A stretch of 64,000 bases of DNA, from the NCBI GenBank assembly GCA_047967505.1, contig CM106538.1. One strand, 5' to 3'. The stretch's first letter is position 1. Every line of letters starts with the position of its first letter. Made by a program: the position numbers and the translations under genes. Source of the DNA: Dipteris shenzhenensis (taxonomy: Eukaryota). A model generated the notes under the pieces. That model did no database searches. It was not told the origin of the DNA and saw only the letters and a list, made by a program, of their open reading frames with translations. Positions 50,195-62,869 of the stretch are shown one piece after another.

Positions 50195-53100
50195 TTATCC
50201 TATACCCATAAGCCGTCTGCAGTGTGCAAACCGCTCAGCAGCCAATCCTTTGGTCAACAGATCTGCTGGATTGTCATCAGTGTGAACTTTCACAAGCTGA
50301 AGTTGCTTGTTCTCAAGCACCTCCCTGATAAAATGATACTTCACGTCGATGTGCTTCGTCTTTGCATGAAAAACAGGATTTCGTGCCAACTGTATGGCAC
50401 TCTGACTGTCACAATGCAACAATGGAGTATCACTAGAGTAGCCCAAATCTGCCACTAGCCGAGATAGCCATATAGCTTCCTTGCACGCCTCAGTGGCTGC
50501 AATATATTCAGCTTCTGTAGTAGACAAAGCAATGCATTGCTGCATTCTAGATACCCATGACACTGCACCTCCAGTGAAAGTGAAAACATATCCGGTAGTA
50601 GACTTCCGGGTATCAGGGTGACCGGCATAATCAGAGTCTGTATAACCCTGCACTTTTGCATCTTGACTGCCGAAACATATACACAAGTCCTGTGTACCCT
50701 TCAGGTATCTCATGACACCTTTTACTGCATTCCAATGCTTTTTGCCAGGTTTAGCCATGTATCTGCTAACCACTCCCACTGCAAACGCAATATCGGGCCT
50801 GGTTGCAACCATAGCATACATGAGACTGCCACATGCTGATGCATACGGAATCTTTGACATCTCAGCTTTTTCAGCATCTGTCTGAGGGCTGTCCAAAGCA
50901 CTGATTTTCACATAAGGAGGCAATGGAGTACCAATACTCTTCCCCCCCTCCATGTGAAATCTCTGCAAGACCTTGCCAATATATTCCTTCTGAGACAAGT
51001 ATAGCAACCGCTTTTCCCTATCCCGAAGTATCCGCATACCCAATATATGGTTGGCATCACCAAGATCTTTCATATCAAAGGTCTGGTGCAATCTCTTTTT
51101 CAAGGCATTCATCTCATTATGAGATTTTCCAGCAATTAACATGTCATCCACATACAAAATGAGGATAAGTAAACTGCCATCTGAAGCTTTCTTGGTATAC
51201 AAGCAGTGATCAATGTCACTTCTCCTGTAACCTTGGGTTCGCATGAATGTATCAAACTTATGATACCATTCCCTGGGTGCCTGCTTTAGACCATAAAGAC
51301 TTTTCTTTAGTTTGCATACAAGCTTCTCTTTGCCCTTCACTGTAAAACCCTCTGGCTGCTGCATAAAAATTTCCTCATGTAAATCACCATGAAGAAATGC
51401 TGTCTTGACATCCATTTGGACCAAGTCCATATCTGCATGTGCAACCAATGCTAATACAGTTCTGAGTGTTGTCATCTTAACAACAGGAGAGAATATCTCG
51501 TCAAAGTCAACACCATATTCCTGCTTGAACCCCTTGGCAACCAGTCTGGCTTTATGCTTTGGCTTTTCACCAGGTGTGACCTTAAGTCGATAAACCCATT
51601 TGCATGGCAGTACTTTCTTACCAGTAGGCAAGGATACCAATTCCCAAGTGCCATTCTTGTGAAGACTGTCCATTTCAGACTTCATAGCAAGATCCCATTG
51701 AATCTTGTCTGCCCTCTGCCTAGCCTCTCTGTAGCATGAAGGCTCTCCACAATCAGTGAGCATTAAATAATCAATGCCTGGAACAAATCTTTCTGGCTGC
51801 CGCGTCGGTCTGGTTGACCTTCTAACCCAAAGACCACCGTCTTGAGCTGGCTGTCCAGCCTGTTCATCACCCAGATAAGGTGGCTGTTCCATGTCTCTTG
51901 GCTGCATTTGCATGTCAGGAAGATCACCTAACTGTGCCTCATCCATTGGGATGTCTTCTGCCATAACTGGCTGTCCATTAGGATCTGCTGCAGCATCATT
52001 TAATGGCTGATTATGCTGCTGTTGTGGCTGATTTACAGCCTGTCTGTGTTGCCCATGATGCCTGTCATCATCAATAGTTACTTTTAAAGGTCCCTGCTGT
52101 ACAACAGGTTCTTTGAACATGATGGTTTCATCAAACACGACATCATTGCTGCGTATAAGCTTTCTGTTCTTGGGATCCCAAATCCTGTAGCCCATCTCAC
52201 CTTTGTCACCGTAACCTAGGAATATGCATTTAAGAGACTTTGGATCCAGTTTAGTTCTGTCCTCCCTGCGTACATGCACATACGCGACACAACCAAAGAC
52301 CCGTAGGTGTTTGTAAGACGGAGGCTTACCCGTCCATGCCTGTTCAGGCACACCACCACATAGTCTCTTGTTTGGTGACCTATTAATAAGGTGCACAGCT
52401 GTCTTTACAGCTTCAGCCCAAAATGTGTGGGGCAGTGCAGCATGTGACAACATGGATCTGACTTTCTCTTGAATGGTCCTGAACATTTTTTCAGCTGTAC
52501 CATTCTGTGGAGGATCATATGGTGCAGACAACACCCTTTGAATACCCTTTGCCTCACAGAATTCTTGAAATTCTTTGGACAAATACTCTCCACCATTGTC
52601 AGATCGTAAGGCTTTCAGTTTTTTGCCTGTCTCATTTTCGACCAGTGCAACAAACTTAGTGAAAGCCTTGAACGTATCACTCTTCTTTCTGAGAGTGTAA
52701 ACCCACACTTTGCGGGTGGCGTCATCTATGAATGACAGTATGTACTTTGAACCTCCTAAAGAGAGTGTAGGCATCTCACACACATCTGTATGTACTAGCT
52801 CCAAGAGCTGTAATTTCTGATCTGACCTTCTCTTATGAGGTATTTGTACTTGACGACCGTAGAGACAAAATTCACATTTCTTTAAATCTGAAAATTTTAG
52901 ACTCGGCAAGTAACCAAAATGAGCCAATTGCTCCATTCCCTTAATACTCATATGGCCAAGCCGGCTATGCCACAATGAAATCTTTGGCAGCTCGGTGGCA
53001 TTTACATCAGAATGTGGACAATGTCCACCATGAAGTGAATACAAAGTATCAACCTTAGGACCTTTGGCAATAGCCATTGCCCCTTTGCTGATTTTCCATT

Positions 53101-54277
53101 TCTGATTACCAAAGGTGGTATGATAACCATCGTCATCCAACAACCCTGTGGAAATCAAGTTTTTCTTCACCTCAGGAACATGCCTGACCCCTTTGAGCAT
53201 TAACTGCGGGCCATTTTCAAGAACAAGCCTGACATCACCTATGCCAATGATAGAACATGCATGGTTATCACCAAGAAAGACAACTCCCTTTTGCCCTCCT
53301 GCATATCTGACAAACAGATTTCTGTAGGATGTCACATGAAAGGAAGCACCTGAATCTATAATCCAGGAAAACATATCTGATCCATCACCAGCATGAAGTG
53401 TATGAGCCTCCAGTGAAGAGGTGAAACATATCTCACGTCCACTGTCACTGTCACTAACATAAGTAACATTCAGCTCCTCTTTTTCTTTGCCCTTAGACTT
53501 GCCTTGAGCCTTGCCTTCTTTGGCTCTCTGGTCATTCTTCTTTTGAAAACACTTTTTCTCAATATGTCCCTTCTTGCCGCAATAGTTGCATACAAGATCA
53601 CTCTTAGAGCGGGACTTGCTCCTCTCTCTTTCTTTGTCTTTTCCACGTGTTTTGGACCTGCTGCGTGCATTCAAAGCATTTGACTTCCCAATAGCATTGT
53701 TCTTTCTGTTCATCTCTTCCTGTAGAAGAGCACTCTCCACATCTGCAAATAACAGAATGGCTTTTGAGTTGCTGGTAGAAGTCCTGAATGTGTCCCATGA
53801 CTCAGGTAGAGAACATAGGATGAGTGTAGCTTTCAGCTCATCATCGAGCTTCAACCCCTGGTTGATCACCTGGCTGAATATGCTGTTAAACTCAATAATA
53901 TGAGTGGACATAGCTGTCCCCTCCTTCATTTGAAGACCAACAAGCTTTTTTAGCTAGTAAGCTTTTCCCGTGGCACTTTTCTTGGCATAAGTATCCTCAA
54001 GACGTTGCCACATCTTCCACGCAGTAGGTTCATCCCTGATGCCTACAACCAGTGAATCAACAACTGTAAGCATAATGGTCGACCTGGCCAAGCCGTCCAT
54101 CTTCTCCCATTGCTCATCAGTAACGTTGGCGGGCTTAACACCCTTCTCCTTTATAGGCTTGTACTGGTCCTTCTGCATCAGCACATTGTAGCATTGTGTC
54201 CTCCATATGTCGTAATTTTTAGCTCCTTCGAGCTTCTTTATCTGAAACAAGGACGACACGTCGCTACCGGAACTCAT
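50195..54277 (-). pseudogene. copia D Gag-Pol, complete except one in-frame TAG at 53954-53956
   Basis: ATG 54277 (MSSGSDV). GKAY*LKKLVGLQMKEG stays in frame into the 1244-aa ORF with zinc knuckle, DSGAS, rve, YVDDML and RNase H. Confidence 0.9.
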
Positions 54278-55420
54278 AGTAAAGAAAGTAGACTCCCTGT
54301 AGGTGTGCAATTAAGCACTAGTCACTCCAAGAAAAAATTCTCCCACAGCGGAAGTACGATCAAAAGTGAACTTGGTACTGTTTCAGTGGCATAAAACCAA
54401 CTGAAAGTCTTTCTCCCACTTGCTGCAGAAACAGTGACTTTTTGACAGTCAAATTTGGTCAAACTTGCTGTTTGACAGTCCAGGACTGTCAAGAAACAGT
54501 GAATCTCTGATTTTGGATGAAAATCTCTGATTTTAGACCTCCATATGCTCCAGAAACTTCCCCCCCAACTGAATTTACAGTTTGGAAGTAAGGTGGCTCA
54601 AAAGCCCTTTGAATGCATGAAGAAAATCAGGGATGTGACCTCCAATTTGAAAAGATTGACCTTTGACCAAACACTGTAAGTCAAATTTGCACTTTCAAAG
54701 CATAGTAGTGCTCCACAAGATAGCCTGATGCATGTAGAGTGCTCCCACTTGACAAATTGCCGGTCAGGCTACAAAAGCCCCAAATTTGACTAAAGTCAAA
54801 CTTGGTCAAAATCGACCAAATCTGTACCAAATGTGATTGTACTTTCAGCAACAAGCTAAAGCATTTGTCACAAGCATAATAGCATCAAAAGCCCCTTGAA
54901 TTGGCAGCACATTCCGTGCATTGACACAGTAAATGGCATCAACTGCTACTGCTCACACAAGGCGTTTGACTGCAAATCCATTGAGTTGCATCCAACAAAG
55001 CATACACTGCAAGTATCAAGTACAGATCTGTCCAATGCATACTCTCAGTGCCACCACTGTGTACAATCATTGGCCAAGTGATAAGACCTGTCTCGACACT
55101 GTTTACGGCATTTGATAAGCCTCAGTGCGAGTGAAAGCCCTGCCCCAAGTAGAACACCTGGCTCAAATGCCAGTGGCGAAAGACAATGTTTTCCCGTGGA
55201 AAACAGATAAACAGAAAAGAAATGTTCCTCGATCTGTGGTACCCTGACTGTTGGCTGTACTTGAAAGTCAAGTACAGCAGTGCTGTACCAGATTTCGAGA
55301 GAGAAGGGGGGGGAACTGGAGCTCGACCGCGCCCAGCTGGAGCTCGACGGCGCCTTCGCCTTCGCCTCTTGCTGCTTCTGCAGCTTAGCTCGCCCGCGCC
55401 CGCGCCTTGCAGCCCTTGCC

Positions 55421-55680
55421 TGCGCCCTTGCAGCCACGCCTTTGCAGCCCTTGCCTCGCGCCTTGCAGCCCTGGCCTGCGCCGTTGCAGCCGCGCCTTCG
55501 CGCCTTGCGTGCGCCCTTGCAGCCACACCTTTGCAGCCCTTGCCTCGCGCCTTGCAGCCCTGGCCTGCGCTGTTGCAGCCGCGCCTTCGCGCCTTGCGTG
55601 CGCCCTTGCAGCCACACCTTTGCAGCCCTTGCCTCGCGCCTTGCAGCCCTGGCTTGCGCCATTGCAGCCGCGCCTTCGCG
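55421..55680. repeat. GC-rich 89-bp minisatellite (~2.9 copies) in copia D leader
   Basis: TGCGCCCTTGCAGCCAC recurs at 55421, 55510 and 55599; TTGCAGCC sub-repeats. Confidence 0.92.
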
Positions 55681-58600
55681 ATCCGTCCGTACGGTTGTAC
55701 GGACGACGTACGGCCGTACGGATCGGTCCGTACGGAAGGGGTAGGCTAGGGAGAGGAGGGAGTGGAAGAGGAGGGAGAGAGAGCCCGTTGGCTCTGATAC
55801 CAGTTGAGAGATTGAGAGGGAGAGAGATTTGGAGTAGGGAGTGAAGGAGACACACTCACCGTAGTCACACACCAGTGGGTGGGGATGAAACAATAAGTGT
55901 GTACCTCCCCAAGTACACACACTAGTATATATATCTGTGGATAAGACTAGGGCCACTAAGTACCTAAGTACAATGTGTACTTAGTGTACTGAGTAGTACT
56001 AGAATAAAACTGTTACAAGGGTGGCCAGTGCCTTTACCCCAACATCTAGGAGCGTAGACATCTTTACTTTATGGGAGACATTGGATTGGGCTAGAGAGGA
56101 GTCTCAGCCTCTCGCAATTTTGCTTTTGGATTTCAAGAAGGCCTATGACAGAGTGGAGAAGGCCTATGACAGAGTGGAGTGGTCTTTCTTGGAGGGCACC
56201 ATGCAGAGGCTTGGCTTTTCGGATCGCTGGATCAAGGGTGTCTCAGCCCTTTATGTAGGTAGTTCGAGCGAGATGCTTATTGGTGGCTACACAGGGGAGG
56301 CCTTTTCGCTTTCCCGCTCGGTTCGGCAGGGATGCCCCCTTGCCCCTTTCTTATTCCTCTTTGTGGCCGAGGCCCTAGGGTATTTTCTGAGGTCTCAGTT
56401 GGCGGGACTCACGGGGATGAGGCTCCCGATTCGGCAGGAGGAGGAGCTTTTGGACTCAGAGTTTACAGATGACACAACCCTTTTTGTAGAGGGCTCAGCT
56501 TGGACCTTGGATGCAGCTAGGGAGGCCTTGGCAGTGTATTGTCTAGCCTCAATCTCCAAGATAAACTGGACCAAATCAGTCGGCTTTCTCGCAGCGACAG
56601 AGGATACATGAGATCCAGGATTGGGACTCATCACTAGGCTTCCGGTGGATTCTGAGGGGGCAGACAGCAAGATACCTTGGCTGCCAGGTTGGCATTGATA
56701 TTTCAGCAGAGCAGCAAATCTCCTTGGTCCTAAAGAGTGTTTGGCGCAAGCTTTTGTACTAGAGCTCGGCCAAACTCTCTCTTGCAGGAAGGGCCTTGGT
56801 GGCTAACCAGGTCCTCCTTGCTACCGCCTGGTACATAGCCTCGTGCTGGTGTTTTCACAGGGGATGCATGGGACAGCTGAGGCACTTGGTGCGCAATTTC
56901 CTCTAGGCAAGATCGGATGGCACACGTAACACCCGAGCCAGGGTAGCCTGGCAGACAGTCATCTTGCCCCAAGACCAGGGAGGATTGGGTATTATTGATC
57001 CGGAGATGCAAAGCAGAGCCTTGTTAGTGAGGGGCCTCACTCCAGGTACAGAGCCCTAGAAGCTTCTTTTGCAGCGCGGTCTCCTTCGGAACACCCCCTG
57101 CACGGGTGGTCAGTGGCAGCAGTCACATAGATGGCTCTTCTCGGAGGCCCCCCTTACAGGGAAGGGCTCTCCCTTGATGCGGAGTCTCTCAGAGTTTGGC
57201 AACGATTGGCAAGGGGTCTTATCCGGGTTAGTCCTTAGTTTTCTGAGGAGTTTGCACGACAGCCTCTGATCTAGCACTTGAAGGTCCAGGATCTGGATGG
57301 TCGCATGCTGGGACAGAGGTTACACATTGGTTGGGCACAGTGGGACAATGGCCCAGCTCGATCTCTCAGGACGTGGGCGAGACTTTCGGCAGACGCAGAG
57401 GTAGGATTAGAGACCCTCTCACATCTTCGGGGCGTGGGCCCGAGGATGGCAGAGATTGAGGCAGCTATCCTAGAGTCTTGGTGGGCGAGCCTTCAGAGTT
57501 TCACACGAGCATAGTGGTTGGGCCAGTTCTCAGGGACAGGGGTACCTCTTCGGATTCAGCTATGCCCCCTCCCTCCCATTCTCAGCCGAGCCCGGTTCTA
57601 CAGTGTGCGTCTAGGTGGTTTCTTGCAGTCTCTTGATAGATGGAGATCCGGAGATGGATGGAGCCTTGGATCAATTAGGGTGGCAGAGGGTTAGAGTAGT
57701 GGGCCGTTTGGGCAAGGAGTGGTCGATTGACCCCTCTCGCATCTCAGATCTGGATGCAGCTCGCGGGTGCTTATGGTTATGGGAGGGTCGTCCCCTCATG
57801 AGGTATAGTGGGACCCAGGAGAGTGGTTCTGGCCATCCAGAGTAGGTCACTTAGAGAGAGTGAAGGTGCCCTTCTTCTCTTATACTACACGCATAGGACA
57901 CTGATTGCAGTTGGAGGCAGTAGCCTGAACTCCATTGAGAGAGAGGCATTGGGCAACGTAGCAGGTGCCTTGAGAGGTGAGATCCAGGTTCTGGACACGC
58001 CTCTGGTCCAGTCTTCGACCGCGGAAGATCTCCTACTTTTTCTGGATGATAGCGCATGGAGGTCTTCCTATTGGCCCTTGGTTGGAGCAAATGCGGGTGG
58101 ATGGCAGCTGCCATAGATGCACGATTGGGACTTTGGAGAGGATCCCCCACTGCCTTTGGAGCTGCCTAGAAGCACAGAGGATATGGAGAGGAGCGCTTCG
58201 GATTGTGGCGAGGTTTCAGGGCACGCAGAGGGACTTCACGTGGGGCATGGCTGCTTGGTTGTCAGAGGGTGGCCATGCCTTTCCCATTGACGTGGTCTCT
58301 CCAGCATACAGGATACATGGCTTGTGCATTCACAGCATTGAGTTTCATGAGGTGACCCCTCCCACTAGTCATCGACCTCTTCCTTTGTCGGAGGACAGCG
58401 TGTGGGAGACAGTAGCCAGCATTACGGCATGGAACCTCTGGGTTGCTCGCTGTAGCTGGGTTATGGGCCAGCATAATTATCCACTGTTAGCCACATTGGT
58501 AGCCATCTGGTAGGACATCATCTTCACGCTTAGCACCATTTGGGAGCGAGGCTCTCCAGGTTCTTGAGCTACCGTTGCACGAAGGGAACGTTTTTGCAAG

Positions 58601-58870
58601 GCTTGGCCTGCAGGTGTTTTCTACAACATCACCCTGAGAGGGATCACATGGTTGTATAGTCCGCCACCCTGGTTGTTAGCCCCTGTCACAGAGAATCCCT
58701 AGGCAGTGAGCTGGGATCTCTGGCAGCAGGAGTGTCTTTCTGACAGCCAACATTTGATTTTTCGTTGATTTTCATGGTTGGCACCTTTATTGTATTTGCC
58801 AACTTGTATGATCGTTTTTACAAGCATTAATAGAAGTTCCTTTCTTTGGAAAATAAAAATAAAAATAAAA

Positions 58871-61800
58871 AAGATTTGCCTTGGTCTCGGAAATATGAGC
58901 GGCATGACTTCCTGTAATGAACAAATCATCAACATACAAGATGATAAGGGAAAGAAGTCCCCCTTCAGAACAAAAAACTCATCAATTTTGTGATTCCGTG
59001 CTTGAGGAGCTTGCTTAAGCCCATATAAGGCTTTCCGTAACCTATAGACCATACCTACTGACTTGATAAACTCAAGCGGTTGCTCCACATAGACTCCTCC
59101 TTTAAATCACCATTGAGAAATGCAGATTTAACATCCATTTGATAAATGTGTCACTGCTCATAAGCTGCGAATGCTAACACCGTCCTAAGAGTGGCCACCC
59201 TGGCGGTAGGAGCAAACGTGTCATCATAGTCAATCCTATGAGTATCCCTTAGCCACAAGTTGGGCTTTGTGCTTATCCACAGTACCATCCGAGGCATACT
59301 TGGTCTTGAAGACCCATTTGACACCAATGACTGAACGACGCTTGGGGCGTAGTACTAACTCCCAAGTCCCATTCCGCTCAATAGAATCCAACTCCAGCTC
59401 CTTGGCCTGGTTCTAGTGTGTCTGAGAGAGTGCTTCTTGAACATTCGAAGGCTCCTTGTCTTTGAGGATGCGGGACATCAAGGAAATATTGACTTGAAGT
59501 GGAACTACCTCCAGAACCTTTTCCTTATTCCGCTGGGATCGCTGGGGTCCTTTCTCCTCTCGCAGCCATGAAGAAGGGATGTCGGTGACACTTGAGTCAC
59601 GAAGGGTTTCAATCAACCAATGGGGTTCTTTCTGAGAGCCTGACCTGGAACTTTCCCTTGCTGCCTGGGGAGGTGGGGAATCATCTGGATCATTGTCGGG
59701 GTCACTCTTGGTGGAGGATCAAGAACGGCTGGCGGGCTGGGGCAGCAGGGGAGGTGGGGAATCATTTGGATCACTGTCGGGGTCACTCTTGGGTGAAGGA
59801 TCAAGAACGATTGCCAGTGCGGGAACATAATCATCACTATTGTCATCATCCATGGTCTTTGGGAGAATAGGTGGGTCGACATCAACCATCAAAGATAGAA
59901 TTTGCTCATCAAAGATAACATCCCTGTTGAGGATAATCTCCCTCTTGAAACGGTCATACAGTCACCAGTGATAACCTGTAGATTGAGAATTGTAACCGAC
60001 AAAGATCATCTGCGTGGACTTCACATCTAACTTCCCCCTCTGTGTCTTTGGAATGTGTACAAAGGCATCACACCCAAACACATAGAAATAGGTAACATCG
60101 GGCTTCTTGCCAAAATAGGTCGCAAAAGGAGTTGCTTTGGGAACAACAGACATCGTAGAACGGTTCAGGATATGTACTGCGGTGGCAGTGGCCTCAGCCC
60201 AAAGAAACCGAGAAACCTCCCGGTGAGCTAGCATGGTCCGAGACATTTCAACCACGGTGCGATTCTTTTGCTCAACCACAACTGCTTCAAAAGCAGTGCC
60301 GGTATTGGCAAACTTCCGCTCAACAACACATGCTTCAGAGGTAGTGCCAGTATTGGCAAACTTTTGCCGAATGCCCTTTGTCACACAAAACTCCTCAAAT
60401 GGATGAGAACAAAATTCACCACCTTTGTTAGACTGAAGGGATTTCACATGAAAGCTAGATTCATTTTGAACTAGGGCACACCATCCCTGGAAACGAGAAT
60501 ATGCTAGAGACTTGTGGGCCAGAAAGTGTACCCACATGAACCTATTGAAGTCATCAACTAGTAGCATGAAGTAGAGAGCCTGCCAAGATTGGCAACAGTC
60601 ATAGGTCCATAGAGATCAACAAGGACCAACTCCAAAGGTAAGGAAGCTTGTTGTGAAGCCTGCTTCGCGAACACGTCCCAGTGTTTCTTTCCTTGAATAC
60701 ATGATCGACACTGACCGTGCTTACTGCCCACATCAGGTAAGCCGAGGACCATTTGTTCACGAGTAGCATGTCGGAGTGCTTCAACATTCAAGTGACCAAA
60801 GCGAAAGTGCCACAAGTCACCTTGAATAGAATACGTGATCGTGGAAAGGAGGACAGAGTGTAGATGCCATGACTTAATGTACCAGTCTATACCACCCGAC
60901 TGGTAGCCTTATCCCGGACTTCCACAAATTGTTCATCAAATAATACTGTGCGACCAAGACGGCAAGTCTCATAAACAAACAATAAATTGAATCCGAGAGA
61001 GGAAACAAACAGAACTCGAGAAGAGTGCATCCCTCCTTTTCCATTGGGAATGATGTCGAGGTTGCCTTCACCATGAACTTTGATGGCAGAGCTATTGCGG
61101 ATACAGATATCCCCACTGGAGATCACAAAATCCTTCAGTCCAGTTGGAGAAGGACTCCTATCCCGGGATGCCCCACTATCAATGATCCAGGTCCAGAAGT
61201 CTTTGGCTTGTAGAGATAGAATCCCCTCTCCAACAGAGGAAGCGAGAGAATGAATCATTTCAATATGTACAAAAGCGGGAGTGATAGTAGCAGAGGAAGA
61301 ACCTGGACCCTTGGGAGAACTTGTACCTTTGTTGTTGACCCAATAAGGGCACCTCTGTGAGAGAATGGAGAGTGAGAGAGAGAGCAAGAGAGTGAGAGCT
61401 GAAAGCTTGGAAGCTCAATGCTGAGTTGCAATAGAAGAGTGTGAAGAGTACAACTCAATGAATGAGAGATAAGGTTTTGTCCTAGTGACAAAACCTTAGT
61501 AGTCACTAACCATAGTCACCATAGGCACCAACTCTTCCCAAGTGAGAGTACTCATCCTGCCACTAGTGATAAGTGAAGAATAAAAAGCAAAGTACTGCGA
61601 ATTCAGATGAGAGAGCAAAGTAATGGCCAATATCTTTAGATGATATCTCCTTTCCGGCTTGAAGGATCTCTTGTTGAAATTCCTGAAGCTTATTGATATG
61701 TTTCCGCATAGAGGAAGACTTAGAAGGATCCAATATTCTCATCTGAACCTCAAGAGAGACCATCTTCATAGGGAAAGTCCGGTTATAGAGGGTGGCCAGA

Positions 61801-62868
61801 TGCTCCCAGATACTCTTGGTGGCGGTCATGTGCTTTACATGATTAATAATCGAAGGAGTACAGTTCAAGAAGATGAACGAATGTACCCTTGCATTGACAC
61901 GGTCCCATATTTGAGCCAGATTCTCGGCCTCCTTCTGATCCAGAATGCCTAAACTTGCAGCAAGGGGTTCTGGCTTTGTGACACACCATAATGAAGTCTG
62001 CCAAGTCATAAGCTGTAATACTGATTCCATCATAACATGCCACACGCCATGGTTATTCCCATCCAGTTGACGATCGACAGGGAATGTGGGTAACACGGGG
62101 ATCTTCACCTTATTTTCTGCTAGTTCCTGCAGAGAAGCCATGGGGAGAGAAATAGAAAGAACGGGGAAGATCGGGGAATGAGGGAAGAAAGAGAGGACGA
62201 AGGATAGAAGACAAGGCTGAGAGGATGGAAGAGGATGCTTCTTTCGACCTCCAAAGTGACTGACCTTCACACAATCCGCTCCTTCGATCTGAAAACACCC
62301 TTCAAAGTAAAGTCCCTTCTTTGTACTCCCAAAGACAGCCCGTAACGAACAGCTTCAAAAGTCTCCGTAGCTTGCTGGTTCTAGGTCCTCTCCACAGCTC
62401 AGGTCTTCTTAGCCAACCTTTGGCTCTGATACCATGTGAGAAGTGCAGCGGTGCTGAGCAACAATGGAGAGAAAACAGCAAACACTCCTAGAGGAAGAAC
62501 TGAAAACAAGAGAGCCAGGACAGACTTGCACAAGGATCTCAGGGAAAACTCCTCAACTGCTGGAGAAAACCTCAACCAATCCGAGGGAACTGAAGACTAC
62601 TGAGATGAGAATATGGGGGGGAGAGGGGCCCTATATATAGGCTCCCCCCCAGCCCTAGATAGCCGACTAGGAGGGTAGGGGGCAGCCGACCAGCCTGGTT
62701 GGTGCAGCCGACTGGGCTAGGTGGGGGCAGCTGACTAGGGCTAGGGGCTATAAAAGGCCCCCAGCCAGGGCGCATACTAGGGGCCATGATGACAGCCCAG
62801 TGGCAGCACTAGGTGGCCCTGGCACAAGCCCAAAACAGGCCCCAAGTCTGCCCCATACCTCCTCCAAT
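58871..62868 (-). mobile_element. Decayed Ty1/copia element C, proximal part (5' LTR, PBS, gag, PR, INT, RT start)
   Basis: PBS at 62423-62434 minus, LTR ~62435-62868, [55 protein letters not shown]. Confidence 0.9.
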
Positions 62869-62869
62869 G

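Larger units (their letters stand above)
49868..56044 (-). mobile_element. Young full-length Ty1/copia element D
   Basis: LTRs at 49868-50106 and 55805-56044 (one substitution and one 1-bp indel by eye), TSD TCTAG, PBS TGGTATCAGAGC at 55791-55802 minus, PPT AAGTGGGAGGT at 50107-50117 minus. Confidence 0.97.
38140..58870 (+). mobile_element. 5'-truncated L1-clade LINE (own sequence ~48720-49867 and 56050-58870) split by copia B and D
   Basis: ERLDRFYV (endonuclease), QWRPITLLDTAYKILAK, LDFKKAYDRVEW, RQGCPLAP, SEFTDDT and CHRC...H..W.C finger. A-rich tail at 58850-58872. TSD AAAGAT(C/T)TGCCTTGGTC at 38123-38139 and 58870-58886. Confidence 0.88.

Noticed and set aside
55045-55956. Long overlapping ORFs (134-303 aa) on both strands
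   Set aside because: Products of a stop-poor GC-rich minisatellite and LTR; no protein signature.
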